Below are positions 49,330 to 61,069 of a stretch of 64,000 bases of DNA, piece by piece. Location: NCBI GenBank assembly GCA_023379265.1, contig JAMCUI010000012.1, positions 27,936 to 91,935 on the forward strand, read 5' to 3'. Within the stretch, counting starts at the first letter, position 1. The number at the start of each line of letters is the position of its first letter. The DNA comes from Patescibacteria group bacterium. Lineage in GTDB: Bacteria; Patescibacteriota; Microgenomatia; 2-02-FULL-39-11. The position numbers and the translations under genes are program-made. The notes beneath the pieces are model-generated. The model searched no databases. It worked only from the letters and a program-made list of their open reading frames with translations, and was not told where the DNA came from.

Positions 49330-50321
49330 AAGCCTTTGTCCTGAAGTCGTACTCTTCTAAACCACAACTTTCCAATATTCCTATCCCCACACCAACAAGA
49401 GATGAAGTTCTGGTAAAAGTGGCCTATTGCGGGGTAAATCAAGCCGATCTTAAAATATTTTCCCAAAACTACGGTAACAGCATTTCCTTTCCGCTTACCA
49501 TGGGATCGGAAATTGTAGGAACGCTAAATGGAGAAAAGAGGGTCGCTATCCATCCCTACTTTGCCTGTGGTAAATGCACTTATTGCCAAAAAGGAGCATC
49601 GATATTTTGTAAGACTCCCTGGAAACTTTTTGGGGTGCACAAAAATGGCGGATACGCACAGTATGTGGCAGTACCCAAAAAATCCATCATTCCCATCCCT
49701 TCATCTCTATCTTTTCCAGACGCCTGTGCTCTTACCCTTTCTGCCGGAACCGCATTTAGAATGGTAACGGTTTTGGCAGATATAAAAAAGGGTGACTGGG
49801 TTGCAGTCACTGCTGCCGCAAGCGGCGTAGGCATTTATTCTACCCAACTGGCAAAATATATGGGGGGAAATGTCATCGTTCTTGCAGGAGACGATAAAAA
49901 GTTGGGAGTGTTGAAAAGTTTCGGGATAAAGCATCTTATCAACTACCAATCTGCAAATTTTCAGGCAAAAATTATGGATATCACTGGAGATCATGGCATT
50001 GATACCCTTATTGATACAGTAGGAGGAGTACTTTTTGAATCACTTCTGCCTCTTGTCTCCAAAGAAGGGACAACTGTTTTCTGTGGCGCCACAGCCGGAA
50101 AAGACATCAGAATAAACATGGCTGATATGTATTACCGGCAAAAAAAACTTATCGGATCTTCAGGCTTTACCTCTGCCGAACTGAGAAATATATTCCATCT
50201 CGTTGTAAAAAATAAAGTAAAACCTGTTATCGATTCAATCTTTCCTATTGAAGAATTACCCAAGGCTTGGGACAGACTCCGTAAACGACAGGTATTCGGC
50301 AAGATTCTAATTAAAATTTAA
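49326..50321 (+). CDS. Zinc-type medium-chain dehydrogenase/reductase (alcohol dehydrogenase / quinone oxidoreductase-like).
   Basis: CGVNQAD and structural-zinc Cys cluster CGKCTYCQKGASIFC, plus GAASGVG Rossmann motif. Confidence 0.7.
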   Translation: MKAFVLKSYSSKPQLSNIPIPTPTRDEVLVKVAYCGVNQADLKIFSQNYGNSISFPLTMGSEIVGTLNGEKRVAIHPYFACGKCTYCQKGASIFCKTPWKLFGVHKNGGYAQYVAVPKKSIIPIPSSLSFPDACALTLSAGTAFRMVTVLADIKKGDWVAVTAAASGVGIYSTQLAKYMGGNVIVLAGDDKKLGVLKSFGIKHLINYQSANFQAKIMDITGDHGIDTLIDTVGGVLFESLLPLVSKEGTTVFCGATAGKDIRINMADMYYRQKKLIGSSGFTSAELRNIFHLVVKNKVKPVIDSIFPIEELPKAWDRLRKRQVFGKILIKI

Positions 50322-50335
50322 TTATCTTTTTTCCA

Positions 50336-51145
50336 ATGTTTATTGATACCCACTCCCACCTGAATTTCAAGGCTTTCAAAAAAGACATAGATGCCGTCAT
50401 AAAAAATGCGGCAGACTCAGGGGTCGGAAAAATTGTTATCCCCGGTGCAAAAATAAATTCCAGTGCCCGGGCGGTTGAGATTTCACACCAATATAGTCAA
50501 TGTTACGCTGCTGTTGGCATCCATCCTCACCATGTGTCAGAGTTTGAAATTCTTGGCAAAGAAACGGTAGCAAGTAGACTGGCAAAACTTACCAAAGATA
50601 AAAAGACTGTGGCAATTGGGGAAATAGGCATTGATTACTATCACTACAAAAACTATCCGCCCCTCTCAGAAGAAAACAAAAAATCACAAACAGAGCTTTT
50701 TTTACTCCAGCTTAATATAGCCATGGAGTCAAAGCTTCCAGTCATCATCCATTGCCGGCAGGCCCATGACGATCTTTTTTCTATTTTGGACAACTATATG
50801 GAAAAAGGCAAACATAATTTGCGTGGAGTATTTCACTGTTTTGGTGGCGACAAAAAACACCTGGAAAAAGCCTTGTCATACAATTACTTTTATATCGGTT
50901 TTGACGGCAATATTACCTATGAAGAAAACAGAATATTACAACAACTGGTCGGTTTGACGCCTTTGGACCGGTTATTCCTTGAGACAGACGCACCTTTTCT
51001 AACTCCGATACCACTAAGAGGAAAAAGGAATGAACCGGCATATATTACTTATACGGCGGATTTTGTGGCTAAAATTCATCATAAGGATACAGCAGAAATC
51101 GCCCGAATTTCCTCGGAAAACGCCCTGAGATTATTTAAGTTTTAG
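50336..51145 (+). CDS. tatD: TatD-family metal-dependent DNase/hydrolase.
   Basis: FIDTHSHL start, and PVIIHCR and ETDAPFL motifs. Confidence 0.8.
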   Translation: MFIDTHSHLNFKAFKKDIDAVIKNAADSGVGKIVIPGAKINSSARAVEISHQYSQCYAAVGIHPHHVSEFEILGKETVASRLAKLTKDKKTVAIGEIGIDYYHYKNYPPLSEENKKSQTELFLLQLNIAMESKLPVIIHCRQAHDDLFSILDNYMEKGKHNLRGVFHCFGGDKKHLEKALSYNYFYIGFDGNITYEENRILQQLVGLTPLDRLFLETDAPFLTPIPLRGKRNEPAYITYTADFVAKIHHKDTAEIARISSENALRLFKF

Positions 51146-51174
51146 CCGCGGTTATGCTAAAATAGCTCCACATT

Positions 51175-52659
51175 ATGGAAAGAATCTATACCGCAAACTC
51201 CCGTTCTTTCACAAGATTGTTTGAGATCATTCTTCCCGTCACAACCTGGCTTATCATCACGCTGCCCATTTGGCTTTCTCCTTTCCACCCGGCAATAGTA
51301 GCTTATTTTATACTCACTTTTGATGTCTATTTCTTCTATAAATCCCTATCAACAGCTGTCTTTTCGACCAAATCCTATTTGAGGCTGCAACATTTATCAA
51401 AACTAGACTGGTCCAAGATGGCTAAAAAAATGGCCGGCTACAACAAGATGTACCATGCAGTCATTATACCCAATTATATGGAAAAAGTAGAAAAAATCAG
51501 GTTGACACTGGATTATCTTAAAAACCAGGATTTCCCCACAAATAGGATTATTATCCTTTTGGCCATGGAAGAAAGGGAAGGTAAAATGGCCAAGGAAAGG
51601 GCAAAACAGATTTTGAAAGAGTATAAGAACTCTTTCTACCGCATAGAGGTTACTTTCCATCCAGATCTAACTGGCGAACTGAAAGGAAAAGCCAGCAATT
51701 CAGCCTGGGCAGCAAAACATCTGAGCAGAATGGTAAGGAAAATGGGTATCGATACACAATATGTCACAGTCACTTCATGTGATGCCGACTCACTCCTGCC
51801 GCAAAAATACTTTTCATATCTTACATATCAGTTCCTCTCTGATCCCGACCGTTACTACCATTTTTATTGGGCGCCAGTACTTCTCTATAGCAATTTCTGG
51901 GAAGTACCGCTTCCAATTAGGCTTCAGGCAACTGTATCCAGTATCGTAAGGCTTGCTGGAATATCAAAACCTGATTCACTTATCCAGATCTCTACTTATT
52001 CACTCTCATTATCCATGCTGGAAAAGATAGGCTATTGGGATACTGATATAGTACCAGAAGATTGGCATATATTTCTCCAGGCTTTCTTTTCTTTAGGAGA
52101 GAAAGTCAAAACAATCCCGATCCATCTTGTTATCTCCCGAGATGCGGTAAACGGCACATCCCTTTTGGGCACTTTCAAGTCAAGGTATGAACAGGAAAAA
52201 CGCTGGGCTTGGGGGGTGACTGATGTACCCTATGCTCTTAATAAATTCTTTTCTGACAATAAATTGCCTTTCCTGACCAAATTCTTCCGTTTATTCTATG
52301 TGGTTGAATCCCATCTTTTTTGGCCCACTTCATTTTTCCTCTTGACACTCGGAGCTTCCATTCCTGCTCTTGTCAATCCGGCTTTCAGTCGAACATCACT
52401 GGGATACAATCTGCCTAAAATGTCTGGTCTTATACTGACAGTATCAATGGTTTTTGTCATCGTACTTATATTTATTGATACAAAGTCCAGGCCAAAACGG
52501 CCTTCCTCCTATTCTGTAGCCAAAACGCCACTTCTTATCTTTCAGTGGATTCTGCTTCCGGCCATCTCATTTTTCTTTTCTTCACTTCCGGCTCTTGAAG
52601 CACATACCAGACTACTTTTGGGTAAAAGATTAGAGTATAAGGTAACAGAAAAAATATAA
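51175..52659 (+). CDS. Membrane-embedded processive GT2 glycosyltransferase (cellulose/chitin-synthase-like).
   Basis: TSCDADS (D,D), QEKRWAWG (QxxRW), and flanking TM helices. Confidence 0.65.
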   Translation: MERIYTANSRSFTRLFEIILPVTTWLIITLPIWLSPFHPAIVAYFILTFDVYFFYKSLSTAVFSTKSYLRLQHLSKLDWSKMAKKMAGYNKMYHAVIIPNYMEKVEKIRLTLDYLKNQDFPTNRIIILLAMEEREGKMAKERAKQILKEYKNSFYRIEVTFHPDLTGELKGKASNSAWAAKHLSRMVRKMGIDTQYVTVTSCDADSLLPQKYFSYLTYQFLSDPDRYYHFYWAPVLLYSNFWEVPLPIRLQATVSSIVRLAGISKPDSLIQISTYSLSLSMLEKIGYWDTDIVPEDWHIFLQAFFSLGEKVKTIPIHLVISRDAVNGTSLLGTFKSRYEQEKRWAWGVTDVPYALNKFFSDNKLPFLTKFFRLFYVVESHLFWPTSFFLLTLGASIPALVNPAFSRTSLGYNLPKMSGLILTVSMVFVIVLIFIDTKSRPKRPSSYSVAKTPLLIFQWILLPAISFFFSSLPALEAHTRLLLGKRLEYKVTEKI

Positions 52660-53940
52660 ATGCTGAACTTCCTTTTTTATCATACGCCGGTATTCTACCT
52701 CATCCAATCTATCTGGCGGGATGAAGCCTTCTCTTACTATATGGCCAAACCTGATATATTTCATGTAATTGCTAATACTGCCAACGATTTTAATCCGCCT
52801 CTTTACTATCTCCTACTTCACTTCTGGATTTTTATCGCCGGCAAGTCAGACGAATTCTTGCGTATACTCTCCTTTATCCCTTTCATACTTACTGTTTATT
52901 TTGCCTATCTTTTTGCCCGCAGAGCATTTTCCAAGAAATTCGCTTTTTTTGTTGCAACTTTCACACTTTTAAACCCCATGCTTTTGGTCTATAGTTTCGA
53001 GATAAGAATGTATTCCCTCTACGCTTTTTTTGCCATGGTCTCAGCATACTGCCTTTTGCGCAAAAATTGGAAATGGTATGCGGTAGCGAGTGTCCTTGGG
53101 CTTTACTCACATTCCTTTTTTGCCATGATACCCGTCTCCTATGTCTTTTACTATTTCCTTATCAAACGTCTGAATAAAAAGACTCTTTGGTACCTCTTAA
53201 ACCCATTTCTTTTTTTCCTTCCCTGGCTGCCGGTTCTGACGGTGCAATTTCTTCACTCAGGCAACTCATGGATTTTCCCTGTAGATCTGCAACTTATAAA
53301 TTCAGTTTTGGGAAATCTGCTTACTTCTTATGAAGGTACCCCCGGCCACCTCTGGGCCTACACCGCCATTCTCTCAGGCATTATGCTCATCTTTTTCCTT
53401 GTCGGACTTATAAGAGACAAGAAAAAATCCCTTCTTGCCCTGACACCGATTTTTTTTACACTCATCCCGGTATTGGGTTTTTCTATCATTAAACGTCCGA
53501 TATATGTCAATCGCTATATGATCTTTATTACTGTCTTTGAAATATTGGGCATCTCGTACGGCGTTTGGAATATCAAAAACAAAATGCTTAAAAATGCCTC
53601 TATGGCTTTCTGGCTTATACTGGTTTTAGGAGTAAATCTTTACCTGCCGCCATACCACTCCAAAACGGACTTTAAGACAGCATTTAGGGAAATAAACAAG
53701 ATTGCTAGCACAAATGATTATGTCTACTCAAAGACTCCAATAGGTTTTCTAGAATCAGCCTACTATTTCAAAAATGACGGGAAAGTCTTCGTCTACAATC
53801 CCAATCACATTTCCATACCATACTATATAGGCGTCAATGTGGTTTTTCCCAACGCCTCAAAAACTACATTCCCTCCCTACCCGGCTCGAACTTTTCTGGT
53901 AAACGACGACGCATCATACGAAATGGTCATCAATAGATAA
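52660..53940 (+). CDS. GT-C-fold membrane glycosyltransferase (ArnT/PMT_2-like).
   Basis: RDEAFSYY (DE-x-Y-type motif) in the first loop and ~12 TM helices. Start immediately abuts the GT2 gene. Confidence 0.6.
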   Translation: MLNFLFYHTPVFYLIQSIWRDEAFSYYMAKPDIFHVIANTANDFNPPLYYLLLHFWIFIAGKSDEFLRILSFIPFILTVYFAYLFARRAFSKKFAFFVATFTLLNPMLLVYSFEIRMYSLYAFFAMVSAYCLLRKNWKWYAVASVLGLYSHSFFAMIPVSYVFYYFLIKRLNKKTLWYLLNPFLFFLPWLPVLTVQFLHSGNSWIFPVDLQLINSVLGNLLTSYEGTPGHLWAYTAILSGIMLIFFLVGLIRDKKKSLLALTPIFFTLIPVLGFSIIKRPIYVNRYMIFITVFEILGISYGVWNIKNKMLKNASMAFWLILVLGVNLYLPPYHSKTDFKTAFREINKIASTNDYVYSKTPIGFLESAYYFKNDGKVFVYNPNHISIPYYIGVNVVFPNASKTTFPPYPARTFLVNDDASYEMVINR

Positions 53941-53992
53941 TATAAGTTAGAAAATAATTAGTAATTAACAATAAGAGCAAAATGCTTCCAAA

Positions 53993-54379
53993 ATGATTAA
54001 ACCGAAAATAAACATATTCAAAAAAATGCAGCCGGATATATCAGGTACACTTTCTGATCCTTTCATAAGCCGAGCGACAAAAATTTTCCTTCTTATCATG
54101 GTCGCTTTTGCAATCCTTGCCATTTGGAAATGGAAACAGATGCCGCCGCAACTGCCTCTTTTTTACTCGTTACCCAGAAGTACAGATACATTGGGGACCA
54201 AACTGCAATTTTTCTCATTACCTCTTTTTTCACTTGTTATTTTTTCATTGAATACTTTTATTGCCTCTTTTTTTTATAAAAAAGACAAGCTTATATCAGC
54301 ACTCCTTGTGGGTGGGGCCTGCATCATTTCGTTTCTCTTTTTTATTACATATCTAAAAATATTGCTTTTGGTAGCCTGA
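53993..54379 (+). CDS. Small membrane protein (128 aa), hypothetical.
   Basis: 3-4 hydrophobic helices. Sits between the GT-C and WecA-like genes. Confidence 0.3.
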   Translation: MIKPKINIFKKMQPDISGTLSDPFISRATKIFLLIMVAFAILAIWKWKQMPPQLPLFYSLPRSTDTLGTKLQFFSLPLFSLVIFSLNTFIASFFYKKDKLISALLVGGACIISFLFFITYLKILLLVA

Positions 54380-55465
54380 ATGACTGTCACAATTCTTTTA
54401 GTCATATTACTGTCTGCCGCTATTACTTATCTCTTTACTCCGCTTGTTGCAAAAATCGCCCAAAAATACAATCTTGTCGACAATCCCAAAAAAAGAATGC
54501 ATCCAGCCCACACCCATGAAGGAATCATTCCGCGAGCAGGAGGTACAGCTATATTTCTGGGCCTTTTCATACCGATCCTTCTTCTCTTTCCGGTGACAAA
54601 AACCATTATCGGTATATTTTTGGGAGCTTTAATACTGATCACTGTTGGAATCTGGGATGACGTAAAAGATAGATCACCTTACATCCGTTTTCTGGTAAAT
54701 TGCCTGGCGGCAGTCATCGCTATTGGCACCGGAGTAGGAATTGCCTATATCACTAATCCTCTCGGAGGGATTGTTCACCTTGATATTTACAAAATCACTT
54801 TCAACTTTTTTGGCTCTCACACAATTATTGTTCTTGCAGATATTTTTGCCCTTCTGTGGATAGTCTGGACTACTAATATTGTCGGCTGGTCAGGCGGTGT
54901 TGACGGTCAATTGCCCGGATTTGTCGCCATATCGGCATTTGTCATTGGGCTCCTATCGCTCCGTTTTATCCAAAATGATCCCAATCAGCTCCATGTCACC
55001 TATCTTTCTTTTGCCACAGCCGGAGCTTTCCTAGGTTTTTTACCCTGGAATTTCTACCCGCAGAAAATCATGCCCGGCTACAGCGGCAAGACTCTTGCCG
55101 GTTTTATGCTAGCAATCCTCTCAATTCTCTCCTATAGCAAACTGGGTACTTCCCTTCTTGTCCTTGTCGTTCCCATGACTGACGCGGCTTTCCTTTTTGT
55201 AAGACGAATCCTTTCCGGCCGCTCCCCAGTCTGGGCCACTTCAGGACACCTTCATCATCATCTTCTTTCCCTGGGATGGAGCAAGAGAAAAATTGCCGTC
55301 TTTTACTGGATCATATCCGCTGCTGCCGGACTGGCGGCACTACTTCTAAACAGCCGACACAAGCTCTATGCGGGGATACTCATCTTGGCGGGAGTGGCCG
55401 CATTCATACTCTGGATAAATTTCTTCAGGAAACTTCCGACACGGAAAGACATTGAGGATTTCTAA
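54380..55465 (+). CDS. Polyprenyl-phosphate N-acetylhexosamine-1-phosphate transferase (WecA/TagO/MraY superfamily, GT4).
   Basis: 11 TM helices, DNPKKRMHPAHTHEGIIPRAGG (WecA-like), and WDDVKD. Confidence 0.7.
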   Translation: MTVTILLVILLSAAITYLFTPLVAKIAQKYNLVDNPKKRMHPAHTHEGIIPRAGGTAIFLGLFIPILLLFPVTKTIIGIFLGALILITVGIWDDVKDRSPYIRFLVNCLAAVIAIGTGVGIAYITNPLGGIVHLDIYKITFNFFGSHTIIVLADIFALLWIVWTTNIVGWSGGVDGQLPGFVAISAFVIGLLSLRFIQNDPNQLHVTYLSFATAGAFLGFLPWNFYPQKIMPGYSGKTLAGFMLAILSILSYSKLGTSLLVLVVPMTDAAFLFVRRILSGRSPVWATSGHLHHHLLSLGWSKRKIAVFYWIISAAAGLAALLLNSRHKLYAGILILAGVAAFILWINFFRKLPTRKDIEDF

Positions 55466-55487
55466 ATAGTTTCAGCCTCATACCACA

Positions 55488-56006
55488 TCATTTACTTATT
55501 GCCATTAGTGCTTTAAGATATACATTCTTCACTCCACTGTTTTGTTCTTTTTTAAGAAACGCCTCGATTTTTGGTACCAGGTTTGTCCGTGAATTGAGAT
55601 TGTATCTTGCGATCTTTCCCAAAGCATACGCCGCACTCCAGCGCACAACCGTGCCTTTATCATTGGTATTTAAAAAAAGCTTATCTACGACCTTTCCTGC
55701 CTCCTTAGGATATTTGGCTGAAACATTGGCTATTATTCTGGCTGCCTCCCATCTTACTCTTGGAGAATCCTTATAATTGATAAAATCGGTAATAGTATTT
55801 AGCAATTTTTCTACAATAGCTGGATCATCTTTTGTCACGTATTCCAAGGATTCCATCAAAATTCCCTTTTCTGTTTTTGATCCCTTCTTCAATCCTTCTT
55901 TTATCTGTTCTATCAGTTTAGGATCTTTTTTTATCGCCGTGGCAATCTCCACCAATAACTGTTTACTATTCTTTTTAGATTTTCTGATCCCTTCAAGTAT
56001 ATTCAT
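55488..56006 (-). CDS. HEAT/PBS-lyase repeat protein.
   Basis: Repeated ~30-aa units containing ...RVRWEAARIIANV... and ...VVRWSAAYALGKI... Confidence 0.5.
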   Translation of the reverse strand: MNILEGIRKSKKNSKQLLVEIATAIKKDPKLIEQIKEGLKKGSKTEKGILMESLEYVTKDDPAIVEKLLNTITDFINYKDSPRVRWEAARIIANVSAKYPKEAGKVVDKLFLNTNDKGTVVRWSAAYALGKIARYNLNSRTNLVPKIEAFLKKEQNSGVKNVYLKALMAISK

Positions 56007-56018
56007 AGTCTATTAACA

Positions 56019-56291
56019 TTATGCTTTCCGCCATCTTTTTAGTGTTGGTATAAGTTTTTCCATCTGCTCTTTTGCCGCAACTTCAGGTGTACCAAATTTC
56101 ACCATAATCCCGACACATCCTGCAATCATCTGATTCATGGTTATTCCAGAATTGGTAAATGATCCGTCCTTGAAACAGTATGTGCAATACTCCTCATTTT
56201 TGCTCTTATCTGCATTTGTCCCGAAATCGCTGTCTATTTTCATCGGCATCCCACAGCTTTGGCAAGTAACAGGATAAAATTTTTGACTCAT
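56019..56291 (-). CDS. Zinc-ribbon-domain protein (90 aa).
   Basis: CQSCG ... CTYC four-Cys arrangement. Confidence 0.4.
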   Translation of the reverse strand: MSQKFYPVTCQSCGMPMKIDSDFGTNADKSKNEEYCTYCFKDGSFTNSGITMNQMIAGCVGIMVKFGTPEVAAKEQMEKLIPTLKRWRKA

Positions 56292-56436
56292 AAATTCTCA
56301 CCTCCTCTAGAAACAGTTGGCGAATCAATAAGCATTACTGTTTCTTGAATCCACCTGAAGCCGCTCTTTGAGCCATATACAATATTATTGAAAAGGCGAA
56401 AAGTAAGGCTAGGCGGACATAATATGCAAATAAATA

Positions 56437-56664
56437 TTACTTTGAAAAATTGTCAAATACTTTTCCCAGCTTTCCCGATTTTATCAGGTTTATACCATCC
56501 TTATCCTTTCTTACAATAATCAGTAATCTCTCGCCAATATTTATCTTCAACTTCTTCCTTATAGCAACAGGCAGTGCTACCTGACCCTTGCTAGAAACAG
56601 TCACCCACCTGGCAAATTGGTTACCATCTGCCGGATCCTCCGATTTCAATTTCATATGAAGCAA
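56437..56664 (-). CDS. AbrB/MazE/SpoVT-family swapped-hairpin DNA-binding protein (antitoxin-like), without an adjacent toxin gene.
   Basis: VSSKGQVALPVAIRKKLKINIGERL is the SpoVT_AbrB signature. Confidence 0.55.
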   Translation of the reverse strand: MLHMKLKSEDPADGNQFARWVTVSSKGQVALPVAIRKKLKINIGERLLIIVRKDKDGINLIKSGKLGKVFDNFSK

Positions 56665-56840
56665 TATTAATGAGAGTAATGTGGGAAGTCAATGGGATAA
56701 AACAAGAAATTTCTTACTTTTTATTAAAAAAGGTTTAATCTATAAATTTTACGAAATTGTGCAGTCTACTGTTTCCTGGTGTACTGGCCGGAGATCCGGA
56801 AAAATTCGAAAGATAAAGAGTGTTTGGAAGATAAAAAACT

Positions 56841-57740
56841 CTATTGTTTGGTAGCGTACTGGCCGGAGATCCAACCTTCTTTTCCTGTATCGTAGGTTAT
56901 CTTATACCAACCGTTCTGTTCATCCGTATATGTATACTTGTCTCCAGGCTTTACCTGGGCGGCTTCTGTTGCTGAGACGCTTGGAGCCATACGTACTCTC
57001 AGAAATCCTGTCGGAGTATCTTTTATTACCACATAAGGACCATTACCAGCAGCCGTGTTGCTAGTTGATGATGTAGTTGTACCACTACCTGCTCCCGGAG
57101 TCGCAGTTGCACTTTCTGAGGCTGACCCACCCTCATTTTGCAGAGCAAGTTGGAAATTGGCTACCAGTTTAAAACCTTTAGTCAGTTCCACCCTGAGAGT
57201 CCGGTTGACAAAACCAGGAGAAGATATCGACACGTCATGTTCACCAGCCACCATATCTTTCAGGAGAAGTGGTGCCGCACCTTTCTCTTGCCCGTCAACT
57301 ATCACTGCGGCCGCATCAGGCTGGGCGATAACGGATAGCTGTGCGTCTCCTGCCGGATTTTTCTCCAAAGTAAGTATTTCTCCAGCGCTTGTCAGTTCAC
57401 TCGGTCCCAATGTCCTATCTACATAAGTCAGAAGTGAAGGGTTGAGAGTAACCTTTCCTTGCCAGGATGTGACTTGTGATGATGAATCTTGGGGTATGAG
57501 CTTCAGGACATAATCTCCTGATTTGTAATTGGTGTCGAATGGAGTTTTACCCATTAGCTTATCGTTAAGAAAAACATTGGCTGTAGGTGTAGCGGTTACT
57601 TTGAGTCCTGCATTACTTGAGGCCCCAGCAAAGACGAATGCATAAAGAGCGTAACCAAGTACTGCAAGAAGCAGGACTACAATAATTATCGCCCTTTTAT
57701 TCATATGTCTTATATTATCAAGAGTCTGCCATTTTTTCAA
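56841..57740 (-). CDS. Membrane-anchored protein with two PEGA domains and a C-terminal SH3b domain.
   Basis: TM segment, PxGAxV-type motifs (AAVIVDGQEKGAAP, and ANVFLNDKLMGKTP at the start of the first PEGA domain), and a C-terminal GWYKITYDTGKEGWISGQY. Confidence 0.55.
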   Translation of the reverse strand: MKKWQTLDNIRHMNKRAIIIVVLLLAVLGYALYAFVFAGASSNAGLKVTATPTANVFLNDKLMGKTPFDTNYKSGDYVLKLIPQDSSSQVTSWQGKVTLNPSLLTYVDRTLGPSELTSAGEILTLEKNPAGDAQLSVIAQPDAAAVIVDGQEKGAAPLLLKDMVAGEHDVSISSPGFVNRTLRVELTKGFKLVANFQLALQNEGGSASESATATPGAGSGTTTSSTSNTAAGNGPYVVIKDTPTGFLRVRMAPSVSATEAAQVKPGDKYTYTDEQNGWYKITYDTGKEGWISGQYATKQ

Positions 57741-57947
57741 GGAAGGTAAAATGCAAACTTGAGGCTAAATAAGCCTGAAGCCAAACCGGGAGTCTTCACA
57801 TATTAGCACTCTATACGCTTGATTGCCAATAAGATGGAATCCTTTCAATCTACCCGGATTTTCACCCAAAGCCCCGATTTCTCCAACTGCCAAGGTTAAA
57901 AAGATAGCAAAATGGTAAATAAGAGTGACAAAATTGATATCTAAAAC

Positions 57948-57982
57948 AAAAAGCTCCGCGTCAGGCGCGGAGCTTTTTTTTA
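57948..57982 (-). terminator. Rho-independent terminator downstream of groEL (bidirectional geometry).
   Basis: Perfect stem aagctccgcg-tcag-gcgcggagctt, flanked by an A-run and a T-run. Confidence 0.7.
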
Positions 57983-58041
57983 ATTAAGAAATTCAATTTT
58001 TATATTCTTCAATTCTTGATTATCAATTATTATATTGATAA

Positions 58042-59700
<1,659 letters not shown>

Positions 59701-59794
59701 TTAAGAAAAATTTATAATTTTGAGTAATTACAATTTCTTAAGCTTACCACTTTAAAATCTTCTTCCTCTATATTGGGCAAGTTTGAGGCAAGTT

Positions 59795-60097
59795 TTACTC
59801 TACTACCGCCAATATATCTTTTTGTTCAACTAAAAGCCATTCCTCATTGCCCACTTTGACTTCATTTCCGCCCCATTTCTTGTACATCACTTTCTGTCCT
59901 ACCTTTACCATTATTACTGTTTTTTTGCCTTCATTATCCACTCCGCCAAGACCCACCGCCATAATCTGACCTATCTGGGGTTTCTCCTTGGCTGTCTCGG
60001 GTAATACTATTCCTGAGGGTGTTTTCGTCTCTTCCTCAAGAGGTTTGACTAGAACATAGTCAAAAAGCGGCTTTATAGATTTTGCATTAATAGACAT
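59795..60097 (-). CDS. groS: Co-chaperonin GroES (Hsp10).
   Basis: ~100 aa, IKPLFDYVLVKPLEEE mobile-loop region; SD GGAGG upstream. Confidence 0.9.
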   Translation of the reverse strand: MSINAKSIKPLFDYVLVKPLEEETKTPSGIVLPETAKEKPQIGQIMAVGLGGVDNEGKKTVIMVKVGQKVMYKKWGGNEVKVGNEEWLLVEQKDILAVVE

Positions 60098-60119
60098 ATT
60101 TACCTCCTTTTTTAAAAAT

Positions 60120-60146
60120 TTAGCACTTAATTCAAGTGACTGCTAT
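60120..60146 (-). promoter_or_regulatory. CIRCE operator between the groESL promoter and SD.
   Basis: TTAGCACTT-N9-GACTGCTAT. Minus-strand promoter TTGACA (plus 60168-60173), 17 nt, TAAAAT (plus 60145-60150), directly abutting. Confidence 0.7.
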
Positions 60147-60463
60147 TTTAATTAATGAAAAAAAACTTGTCAAGAGGTAGATTGATCTTATTCTGATTAT
60201 TAGTTACCAACCTACTTGCTAGACAGGTTGATTATTAGATGCTAATCAGTATTTGTTCTGTTTGTGATATATAAGGATGAGAAATACATCTAGAATAAAA
60301 AGTGAAGCATACAGAAATTTTTGAAGATCGCATACGGAATGTCTACTCCAACCAAATGACACACTATTAAGACCAACCATCCTTGCGAGCTAAAATTTTA
60401 TCGCGTGCTTTGAACTGTAGAAACAGTAAATATATATTTTATATATAATAAATGTAAGAATAT

Positions 60464-61057
60464 ATGCCTTCACAGAAAACGCCCGTTGCCATAATTGCTA
60501 TAATTACTCTGATTGTGGCTGTGATTTTTACACTGTCTCAAAAAAATCAAAATAAAAAAAACATGCTGGTAGGAAAAAATCCTGAAATTTCTGTAAACAT
60601 AAAAACACGAAACCAAAATATGGTACTAAAAAGCTCTGCATTTTCAGATAACCAAATTATCCCTGCAGCCTACACCTGCGACGGAAAAAATGTCAGTCCT
60701 CCTCTAACTATTGCTGAAGTTCCCGCCGAAGCCAAAAGCCTTGCTCTTATCGTTGAGGATTCAGATGCACCTGCGGGCATCTGGTATCATTGGCTCGTCT
60801 GGAATATCAATCCTGCCGCTAAAGAGATTACACAAGAAACTACAATTCATGGAACAGTTGAGGGCACTAACAGTTTCGGTAAGATTGGCTACGGCGGGCC
60901 GTGTCCCCCATCCGGCACTCACCACTATATATTTACTCTTTATGCTTTGGATTCGAACATCTCCCTTCCGCCTTCAACCACAGCCAACAAGCTGAAAGAA
61001 GCTATAGATAACCATATCATTGCCCAAACATCACTCACCGGACTATATCACCACTAA
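60464..61057 (+). CDS. PEBP-family protein (YbhB/YbcL, Raf-kinase-inhibitor-like).
   Basis: PLTIAEVPAEAKSLALIVEDSDAP, HWLVWNI, and GYGGPCPPSGTHHYIFTLYALD. Confidence 0.7.
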   Translation: MPSQKTPVAIIAIITLIVAVIFTLSQKNQNKKNMLVGKNPEISVNIKTRNQNMVLKSSAFSDNQIIPAAYTCDGKNVSPPLTIAEVPAEAKSLALIVEDSDAPAGIWYHWLVWNINPAAKEITQETTIHGTVEGTNSFGKIGYGGPCPPSGTHHYIFTLYALDSNISLPPSTTANKLKEAIDNHIIAQTSLTGLYHH

Positions 61058-61069
61058 AATAGTCCCTAG

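Noticed and set aside
57811-57837. TTAGCACTC half-CIRCE upstream of the PEGA gene.
   Set aside because: Only the left half matches; the right half (GATTGCCAA) does not form the inverted repeat.
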